Shown here piece after piece: positions 1-9,738 of a stretch of 22,413 nucleotides of DNA. The DNA is taken from NCBI RefSeq assembly GCF_006345805.1, contig NW_021836770.1, positions 1 to 22,413 of the forward strand, given 5' to 3'. The position numbers and the translations under genes are program-made. Source of the DNA: Octopus sinensis (taxonomy: Eukaryota). The first letter of the stretch is position 1. The number at the start of each line of letters is the position of its first letter. The notes under the pieces were generated by a model. The model saw only the letters and a list, made by a program, of their open reading frames with translations. It had not been told where the DNA came from and ran no database searches.

Positions 1-54
1 GTAGATGTAGGTACGTACATATATGTTTGTATGTATGCATATATTTTTTATTTA

Positions 55-133
55 TCTCCTATATATATTATATATCTATATATATATATATTATATATGC
101 ATATATACATGTATACGCACGCACGCACACACG

Positions 134-170
<37 letters not shown>

Positions 171-241
171 CACACATATATATATATATATTTATATTAT
201 TTATGAGTGAACGTCACGCATCCTTTTCCAAGTACGTTTTA

Positions 242-276
<35 letters not shown>

Positions 277-300
277 CTCTATCTAACTATATATATATAT
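55..300. repeat. Compound microsatellite (TA)n/(CA)n/(CT)n/(CTAT)n
   Basis: Simple repeats read directly from the sequence; ORF 23..286 is their translation. Confidence 0.95.
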
Positions 301-739
301 AACTAATATCATCAGGGTAATAAAGATTTTAGAATTATTTTTTTCTACCAGTGACCTTGCATGTTGAAAAATTAGTCAATAGACTATATGTTATTCATAT
401 AAATACAGTGTACACTTAAACTCATAAGAGGTATCCGCCATAGGATTCCTGGCACGCTAGATGGAACAGCCAAAGTCCAAATCACTATTCGGGATAAAAG
501 TTCGAAGGGAATGAAAAATAAAAACATTTACCATCTATCTCCTGGACCATGATTTTTTAGCTAATAAAATAATTTGCTAGGGGAAGTCTTCATCAACAGG
601 TACGCCAAGATTAAGCATATAACTACGAAGCAATCCAGCATGTGCCTCGTGCTTATACATTATATTTTTTCAAATTCACCGCGCAAGCGCAGTTTTTGTC
701 GGCAGCAAGAAAAAAAAATAAATAAAATACCGGCGTTTT

Positions 740-1080
740 TTCGAAAATTTTCCAAAGCTGAATTATGAGATTTTGCATCATCCTCCCTATTCCCCTGATA
801 TCTCTCCTGTTGATCATCTCCTATTTAAACATTTTGAGCTTTTCATAAGAAATAATACATTCTTAAACAGAGAAGAGATAATAGAAACAGTCGGGCAGTT
901 TATCACAGCAAAAGATGATTTTGTTTAAAAAAGATGGAATATTTGACGTAGAGAAACGTTGGGCAGAGGTCATAAATGAACATGGATCATACTTTGATTA
1001 AATAAATCAGTTCTCTAACACTTCTGAAACATTTTATTGTTACCTTTCAAATACGACATTTCATGTGAAACAACTAAATA
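740..1080 (+). mobile_element. Mariner DNA transposon 3' remnant (transposase C-terminus, polyA signal, probable right TIR)
   Basis: From 755 it translates KLNYEILHHPPYSPDISPVDHLLFKHFE...; after a frameshift, KDGIFDVEKRWAEVINEHGSYFD* (TAA 999-1001). HPPYSPD is the mariner motif before the third catalytic D. AATAAA at 1001. The end ...GACATTTCATGTGAAACAACTAAATA resembles a mariner TIR. No left TIR found. Confidence 0.85.
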
Positions 1081-1133
1081 TATTTTTATAAATATTTAGC
1101 AGAAGCAACAGAGTAACTGAAGGGTCTAGAGCT

Positions 1134-1135
<2 letters not shown>

Positions 1136-1229
<94 letters not shown>

Positions 1230-1284
1230 GCGCACATACTCTTTTATCCCCCTCCCCACATATATATATATATATATATATATA
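1136..1284. repeat. (CA)n and (TA)n microsatellites
   Basis: Directly visible. Confidence 0.95.
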
Positions 1285-1428
1285 CGACGGACTTCTGTCG
1301 GTTTCTGTCTGTCAAATCCACTGACAAGACTTTGGTCAAACTGGGGCTACAGTAGAAGATCGTCGCCCAGGGTGCCGCACTGAGGGACTGAACCGGAAAC
1401 CATGTGGCTGGGATGCAAGTCTCTCTCA
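1285..1428 (-). mobile_element. tRNA-headed SINE, family AB, head half
   Basis: Homologous to the copies at 5550-5710, 16055-16183 and 18109-18226. B-box-like GGTTCAGTCCC on the minus strand (1384-1394). Runs into (TA)n. Confidence 0.8.
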
Positions 1429-1429
1429 A

Positions 1430-2430
1430 ATCACACACATGCATACACACTGACTCACCAATGCCCACATTCACAGAAGCACACACTCACACACATTCGA
1501 ATTTACACATGCCGACACATAGAGCATGCGGGCACATATAGACGCACACAATAACACAAGGTTCTCTTTGTCACACATGCGTAAGTTCACTCATACATAC
1601 ACATACTCAAACACACAGACACGTACTCACACACATATAAACACACATATATACACACAAACACATGCAAACAAACAATAGCTCATCCATACAGATATAC
1701 AAACACACACACACACATACACACGCTTTCATAAGCAACATAACACACATGCTCGCACACACTACACATACTTTGACTCACACGCACTCAGACTCACACA
1801 TTCACACGGACACACGCGAACACACAAATACACACACACACACACACACACAACACACACACACCACACACACACCACACGCTACCATCTTCAGTAAACA
1901 ACGACACATCAGAAAATATGTTAAGTAAAGTGGAACAAACATTTCCAAGGCAGCCATTAACGGATGGCAATTTCGTCGCTAAATTGTGTGTGTATGTGTA
2001 TAAGAGTACATGTAGGCTTCTGTATATGTTTGTGTGTATATATGTTTATATGAATGGATGTGCCTGTGTGTCAGTGCGCATGTTTGTGTGTGTGTGTGTG
2101 TGTGTGCGTGTGTGTGTGTGTGTATATATGTGTATGTGTGTATAAGAGTGTATGCATGAATTTGTGTGTATATGTATACGTGTGTGTGTGTGTGTATGTA
2201 AACATGTGTCCGCACATGTGTGCTTGTCTATATGTGTGGATGTACTCGTTTATACATGCTTATGAAAGCGTGTGTATGTGTGTGTGTGTGTGTGTGTGTT
2301 TGTATATCTGTATGGATGAGCTATTGTTTGTTTGCATGTGTTTGCGTGTATATATGCGTTTATATATGCATACGCAGGTGTTTGTGTATATATGTTTGTG
2401 TGTGCGTGTGTGTATATGTGTGAGTGTGTT
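1430..2430. repeat. Degenerate (CA)-rich block, then degenerate (TG)-rich block, around a ~95 bp unique core
   Basis: CA-rich 1430-1885, unique 1886-1983, TG/TATG-rich 1984-2430. Confidence 0.9.
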
Positions 2431-2544
2431 AAACATTATTTCCTTTGTGAAAAACTCTGTGAATCACTGTAAGGTCAAGGTCACCGATTCACTCAGACTG
2501 AAGAGGTGAAGCGGGGTTGACAAAGGTCAAGCTTAATTGTCATG

Positions 2545-2553
2545 CTGTTGTTG

Positions 2554-2585
<32 letters not shown>

Positions 2586-3000
2586 GGTGAAGACGACCGT
2601 GGTAGTTGTGGTGCTTAGGACCGTCTTGGCAGCAGAAGTAGTAGTAGTTGTAGTAGTAGTGGTGGTGGTGGTGGTGGCGGCGGTGGTAGTGGTGGTAATA
2701 GTGGTGGCTGTTGTAAGGTTGGGACGGTGGTGCCGGTGGTAGTAGTAGTAGTAGTAGTACTTCCAATATTGGAAGTATAGTAGTGGTAGATGATGATGAT
2801 GGTGGTGGTGGTGGTGGTGGTGAGGGTAGTGGGGTGGGGGGGGGTGTTCTGGTGGAAATAGTGTTAGTGGGGGTTTAAGCAGGCCTCATGGTTGTGATGA
2901 TGGAAGTGGTGTTAATATGTTGGTAGCAGTGGTGAAAGAGGTAAGGATGGTAGTGGTGATGGTGGTAGTATGATGTGGTTGTGGTGGTGGTTTCAATGTG
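2545..3000. repeat. Compound trinucleotide repeats (GTT, GGT, GTA, GAT)
   Basis: Directly visible; gives the poly-L/V/H/Q pseudo-ORFs. Confidence 0.9.
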
Positions 3001-3089
3001 ATGGAGGCGTTAAAGAGACGGAGAGAGAGAGTATGGTGGTGTGCATTTATCTTTCATTTTTCTTTTGTTTTTGTTTTTTGTTTGGTTTT

Positions 3090-3275
3090 GTCTTGTACTT
3101 GTTTCAGTCATTAGACTACGGCCATGCTGGGGCACCGCAGTTGGCGGGTTTTTCAGTCCAACGAATCGACCACCCGGTACTCATTCTTTCAAAGCCTGGG
3201 ACTCGTTTCATTGGTCTCTTGTTGCCGAACTCTCTGTTACGGACGTAAACAAACCAACACCGGTTGTCAAGCAGT
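3090..3275 (-). mobile_element. SINE family AB, 3' half
   Basis: Shares TTGTTTCAGTCAT...GGCCATGCTG...CGTAAAC...CCGGTTGTCAAGC with 4373-4595 and 17580-17660, and is the reverse complement of 4207-4366 and 18536-18662. Confidence 0.8.
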
Positions 3276-3278
3276 ACT

Positions 3279-3294
3279 GTTATTATTATTATTA

Positions 3295-3335
<41 letters not shown>

Positions 3336-3344
3336 TATTATTAT
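3279..3344. repeat. (ATT)n microsatellite
   Basis: Directly visible. Confidence 0.95.
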
Positions 3345-3346
3345 AA

Positions 3347-3780
3347 AGCAGCGAGCTGGCAGAAACGTTAGCACGCCGGACAAAATGCTTAGCGGCATTT
3401 CGTCCGCCTCGACGTTCTGAGTTCACATTCCACCGAAGTCGGAGTCGATGAAATAAATACCTAATTCTTTACTACCCACAAGGGGGCTAAACACAGATAG
3501 GACAGACAAACGGATTAAGTCGATTATGTCGACCCCAGTACGTAACTGGTACTTATTTAATCGGCCCCGAAAGGATGAAAGGCAAAGTCGACCTCGGCGG
3601 AATTTGAACTCAGAACGTAACGGCAGACGAAATACCGCTAAGCATTTCGCCCGGCGCGCTAACGTTTCTGCCAGCTCGCCGATGAAATAAATACCGGTTA
3701 TGCACTGGGGTCGATGTAATCGACTATCCCCATCCCCCAAAATTTCAGGCTTTGAGCCTATTGTAGAAAGGATTATTATT
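3347..3780 (+). mobile_element. tRNA-headed SINE family C, host copy split by an insertion (3347-3461 plus 3696-3780)
   Basis: Head GCGAGCTGGCAGAAACGTTAGC; B-box-like GAGTTCACATTC at 3419-3430. Continues after 3695 with ...GCACTGGGGTCGATGTAATCGAC... and ends in ATTATTATT. Confidence 0.8.
3462..3680 (-). mobile_element. Full-length SINE family C inserted antisense into another family C copy, with a 15-bp target-site duplication
   Basis: Reverse complement begins GGCGAGCTGGCAGAAACGTTAGC with B-box GAGTTCAAATTC. Flanked by the direct repeat GATGAAATAAATACC at 3447-3461 and 3681-3695. Confidence 0.9.
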
Positions 3781-3952
3781 AGCAGCATTTCTCCCGTCGC
3801 TACGTTCTTAGCTCAAATTCCGCTCGGGTCGACTTCGTCTTTCATCCTTTCAGGGTTGATACAGTAAGTACGAGTTGAACATAGAGGTCGATGTAATAGA
3901 CTTAGCCCTGCCCTGAAATTGCTGGCCTTGTACCAAAATTTGAAACCAATAT
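3781..3952 (+). mobile_element. 5'-truncated SINE family C copy
   Basis: Homologous core TACGTTCTTAGCTCAAATTCCGC...TTTCATCCTTTC...GGTCGATGTAAT; tail GGCCTTGTACCAAAATTTGAAACCAATATT. Confidence 0.75.
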
Positions 3953-4206
3953 TACTTTTCATTCTTTCGGTGTTGATAATTATAAGAATAATCAAATAAC
4001 TGCGTCACCTTTGCTTCATCTCACTCCATCCTCCTCTTCTTTCTTAGATTTATTGGATGGAGTTGATAAAGTTGTGTTTTGGGGAAAACAAAACTAGTAG
4101 AAAAGAAACTTCCAGAAATCTCTACGGCGAGAAAATAGTACTTCTAAATGAGGTTACCCAGGATTTTGTTTCTAACCTAATGGTGCCAGGAAGAACGTCA
4201 ATAAAC

Positions 4207-4366
4207 TAACCAGTGCTGGTTCGTTTACTTCCCCTTGGTAAAAAAGGCCGATTGAACAGTCACCAGGCTTCACAAAATAAGCTCTGAGCTCGGTTCGTTA
4301 GATTAAAACCCTTCAAAGCACTACTCCAGCATGACCGCATGACTGAAACAAGTAAAACAGAAAATA
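4207..4366 (+). mobile_element. SINE family AB 3' half, diverged
   Basis: Ends CTCCAGCATGACCGCATGACTGAAACAAGTAAAA, the reverse complement of the adjacent copy. Confidence 0.7.
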
Positions 4367-4372
4367 TTTAAA

Positions 4373-4595
4373 TATTCTTTTATTCTTTTATTTGTTTCAG
4401 TCATTTGAATGCGGCCATGCTGAAGCATTGCATTGAAGGGATTTTAGTCGAACTAATCGACCCAATACTAATTTCTTTTTTAAAACCTGGTCCTTATTCT
4501 ATCGGGCTCTTTTTGCCGAGCCGCTAAGTTAGGGGGACGTAACACACCAACACCGGTCGTCAAGCATTGATGGGGGTACAATCACACATGCACAC
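4373..4595 (-). mobile_element. SINE family AB 3' half
   Basis: Homologous to 3090-3275; continues into a CA microsatellite. Confidence 0.8.
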
Positions 4596-5511
4596 ACACA
4601 CACACACACAAACACACACACGCACACATATATACATATATAATATAGGATAAAATTTTTTCGAAAAAATTCTATTAATGGCCAGCATATTAAAAATACC
4701 TTTAAATGTTAGATTTATAAACAACTTATAAACAAGGGCAAAAAGAAAAAATTCTAATGCCAAATATGCCGAAAATAGACAAATTGTCAATAACCATATA
4801 ATTTGTCACTATAATCACGCGTCTCGAAGTAAGCCGACAGAAATTTCTAAAAAATTCCGTTATTATCGTATTGGTCCCAATTTCAGAGTTAATTCATAAG
4901 AATTTTTTCCTCGTCAGCGATAAATACGGTAAGAAATAAATGAAATACTTACTTATACCTATGGGTATAAGTAACACTTCTTTCAGATACAAACACACAC
5001 ACGCGCGCGCGCGCGCACATATACACACACTCTCACAAGACAATGATAAAAGGAAATCTGGACAATTTTTTGAAAAGTGACATATTGCCTCCCTTGGAGA
5101 AAACAGCTGGATTTGCCATTACTAAAAGCCAAGAATGGATTATTATTGACAACTTGACCAGCTGCAAAGAGATCAACAATTTTTTTTTCTTTCTCTCCCT
5201 TTTCTTCCTTTCCTTCTTTTTCTTTAACCATCCTTTCAGATACAAACACACACACACACACACATGCTCGCTCTCACCTTCTCCCCATTCATCACCCTCT
5301 TGTACTATTTTAAATCTCTCTCCACCACTACACACTCAATAATACTATAAAAAGAGTCAAAATTCCTGCAAAAACTTAATTCAATTTGAAGACTCCACTA
5401 GAATGGACGAAAGCACTAATATATATATGATATATGATGTATAGAAACATGTAACATACGAATAAATATCTGTAAATATGAAACCATCCGGATTTCTGAG
5501 TACCTCATTTC

Positions 5512-5549
<38 letters not shown>

Positions 5550-5710
5550 CGACGGGTTTCTTTCAGTTTCCTTCTACCATATCTACTCACAAGGCTTTGG
5601 TCGGCGGTCTGAGGTTATACTAGAAGACACTTGCCCAAAGTGTTACGCAGTGGGACTGAACCCGGAAGCATGTGGTTAGGAAGCCAGCTTCTTACCACAC
5701 AGTGTGCACC
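5550..5710 (-). mobile_element. SINE family AB head half
   Basis: B-box-like GGTTCAGTCCC (5652-5662, minus); homologous to 1285-1428; abuts (TA)n 5517-5549. Confidence 0.85.
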
Positions 5711-5984
5711 AAAATATTTACACCAAAAATTCATTGCAAGTATAAAGAAAAACAATAACAAAAGCCATGGAACAACTCTGATATTGTGCAATTTGGGGGT
5801 CTCAGAATGGGTGACCACGTGGAAGCACTATCATAGGCTCGTTAAAGATGTGCTATGTTTCAGGAAATTGTGTTTCGTTGCAAAGCGGCCATATTAATCT
5901 TTGCTTTTTGTTATTTTTGTGGGGATCATTCCTTATACTGCCAAGACGCCTGGTGGTAGGGGCATCTTTTAAGCGTTGAAAATG

Positions 5985-6420
<436 letters not shown>

Positions 6421-6737
6421 GCGTTTCTGTTTTATCGATGGCTGTAATAATTGCTTATCTCAAACCACTAATGTACACTACAGAGTTTCTATTTCCACTG
6501 CTCATATTATTATTACCGCTGAATTTGATGATGATTATGATGACGATGATGATGATTGTGGTGGTGGTGGTGGTGGTGATAGTGGCATTGCTGTTGTTGC
6601 TGTCGTAGTTGGAAAGAAACAATCAACATTTATCCATCTGATCAAAGACGGTGTCTGGCTGTAAACAACCATTGTTTATCAACATAAACAACAGCTGTAC
6701 ACTAAAACAAACCGGCGACACTGTTTACTTACATAAC

Positions 6738-6801
<64 letters not shown>

Positions 6802-6823
6802 TAATAATAATAATAATAATAGT
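6738..6823. repeat. (AAT)n, probably the tail of the adjacent minus-strand SINE
   Basis: Directly visible. Confidence 0.95.
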
Positions 6824-7040
6824 AATGCTTTCAAATTTTGGCACAAGGACAGCAATTTGCGGAGTGGGTGTAAGTCGATTGCATCAACCCTAGTGTTCAA
6901 ATGGTGCTTATTTTATCGATCCCATAAAGATGAAAGGAAAAGTCGACTTCGGCGGAATTTGAACTCAAAATCTGAAGACAGACGAAATGCTGCTAAGCAC
7001 TCTGCCCGGGGCGCTAAAGATTCTCCCAACTCACTGCCTT
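6824..7040 (-). mobile_element. Full-length SINE family C
   Basis: GGCGGAATTTGAACTC (B-box reverse complement) at ~6950-6966; tail TTCAAATTTTGGCACAAGG matches the 3781-3952 tail; head ends at ...ACTCACTGCCTT 7040. Confidence 0.8.
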
Positions 7041-7605
<565 letters not shown>

Positions 7606-7615
7606 AATAATAAAA

Positions 7616-7675
<60 letters not shown>

Positions 7676-7728
7676 GTAATAATAATGATAATAACAACAA
7701 CAACAACAATAACAACAGCAATAATAAT
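7606..7728. repeat. (AAT)n/(AAC)n, probable tail of the Tx1-type LINE
   Basis: Directly follows the LINE's AATAAA (minus strand). Confidence 0.9.
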
Positions 7729-9437
7729 CGTTTCTTTATTAACCGCAAAGGGTTTATAAAAAGGTTTGCAAAGGGTCTACAAGACAGTATGATGTAGGAT
7801 TTCATGGAAGAGTATATAAACAGAAAATAACAATAATAATTTTAACAATGAATCATTCCCCAAATGAGTGGAAATCCTGCGTAAACCATGGTAGAAGTAA
7901 TCACTAGGGAAAGTGTCCTATCCACGAAGTCTTTATTCAATCTGCATGCGTATGCTTAGAGTAGACCCGTTCACACGAATCACCCTTGCCACATGCACCC
8001 ATCTTTTAACGAATTTGCTAGAAGAAAGAATTTCCCTCTCCATTCTCTCTTTCCTTTCCAAATGAAACTTGAAAATGTTAACGACGATCTGGCCTAAGTG
8101 AAAGGAGTCTGTTTTCAGCCCCTTCAATCTGGTCCACCATACAACCTTATTTGCTAAGACCATTAGACGGATAAAAACTGCCTGTCCTTCTGGGCCAGAG
8201 TAAGGCGGAAGGACAATGGAATCAGTCAATAACCGGATACATCCTACACGTGACAGCAGTTGTTCGACATACACTCACAAGTTAGCAATATTTAGGCGCT
8301 GGGCAAGTAAATGTACAAGAGTTTCGTTGCTCTGCGAGCATCTCGGACCCAGTTGACAGCACGTCTGTAACTGGAGAGGTTATCTGGAACCAGCTTTGCC
8401 TTTCCGCCCCCGGTAGCGCTATCAAGCCAAGGATTTCTCAAAATTCTCTATGGATCCCAGCTCGAAAGTTTTCTGAAACAGTCCCGCTAGTTGGTTTTGT
8501 CGACGTCCAGAGTTTCCCCGGGAACGTTGTCGTTTGCTCCACCACTAACCCTCTAAAGCAAGAACGTTGCCGTTCCTACCCGTCACTAATCCTGTAGAGA
8601 AAGCCATGGAGAAACTTCCATCTACCGCATTACCCAATTGGCAGAGTGACGTGAGTACTCGACAACTTTCGAGATTCCAAGCGCACTGCATTGGCCTGCA
8701 CTTAATCCAGGACTGCAGCTGGGGAAACACGAATCTGACAATCGGCAACTGTTGATCAACAAGGAATTACTGGAGATGTCGCAGCTTATGTACATGTCTG
8801 TCCATCATCAGCCATGATATACTCAGTTCCTTACTTAGAATGTGTTGACAGCGAATGCTGCATAGGCCAGTGGGACGCATCCTTTCTACAGAAAATGGAA
8901 GCAGAGGCGTTCCCAGCCGGTCAGTTAGACGTGGACTGGAGCAAGGCAAAATGGTCTGGCGGTAATACATAACAGAGGTGATGCATGCATTCGCCATCTA
9001 TATCTGACTTTTTAGGGATAGCTTTCTCTCAGCCTATTTCTGGGTGGGATTGGCTACACAGGTCATCACTTTGTTCCAGTTCTCTTCCACTTGGAGGTCT
9101 ATACCAAATCAAATCCAGAGTAATTTAAGTGTCTATTGCGGTAATCCAACCACAGAATTCGGGACCGAAACCGGATGATGCGCTGACATCAACGAAAATC
9201 GGCAACGTTTTTGTTTACATCTCAGCTAAAATTTTGAAGTCTGCGTTTAGCAGAGTTATCGACCGAAGCTTATCCATGTCCCCTATCCGACGCCTTTCTC
9301 AGCTGTGCCACCAACTCAAAAGACTGGAGATTCGCCCATTCTCTTGACAGTTGCAGTAACTGTTTGCTAAAAGGTCTCCAAACAAGTCTGGCATGCAAAA
9401 ATAAAAGTTAGTAGGGAAGACCATCAAAAACAGGTGA
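7729..9437 (-). mobile_element. Decayed L1/Tx1-type non-LTR retrotransposon (ORF2 RT flank to C-terminus, 3' UTR), 5'-truncated, with internal deletions
   Basis: Minus-strand fragments in the expected order: SPVFDGLPY*, MPDLFGDLLANSYCNCQENGRI, ITLLNADFKILA (9224-9259, RT motif), GFGPEFCGWI (9143-9172), FGIDLQVEENW (9076-9108), AERKLSLK..ANACITSVMYYR, NFEKSLA, PRCSQSNETLVHLLAQ (degenerate C-terminal zinc motif), then ORF 7933-8274. AATAAA near 7735-7740 and an (ATT)n tail. Many stops and frameshifts. Confidence 0.85.
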
Positions 9438-9467
9438 TATATGTATATATGTGTAGATGGATGGTTG

Positions 9468-9554
<87 letters not shown>

Positions 9555-9571
9555 ATATATATATATATTAT

Positions 9572-9613
<42 letters not shown>

Positions 9614-9735
9614 ATATTTATGTATGTATGGGTGTATGTATGTATGTATGTATGTATGTATGTATGTATGTATGTATGTATGTATAAGCTCTGAGTAATA
9701 GGTTGTCCATTCGTATATTATACATATATATAGAG
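9438..9735. repeat. Graded microsatellite (CTAT)n to (TA)n to (TATG)n
   Basis: Directly visible. Confidence 0.9.
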
Positions 9736-9738
9736 AGA

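Noticed and set aside
309-315. CTGATGA on the minus strand
   Set aside because: It runs straight into microsatellite with no stem II-GAAA downstream.
5862-5960. Possible exon after TGTTTCAG encoding a hydrophobic peptide
   Set aside because: No convincing donor and no recognisable homology.
6972-6987. CTGAAGA...CGAAA as a hammerhead core
   Set aside because: There is no room for stem II, and it lies in the antisense of a SINE C head where the other copies lack the motif.
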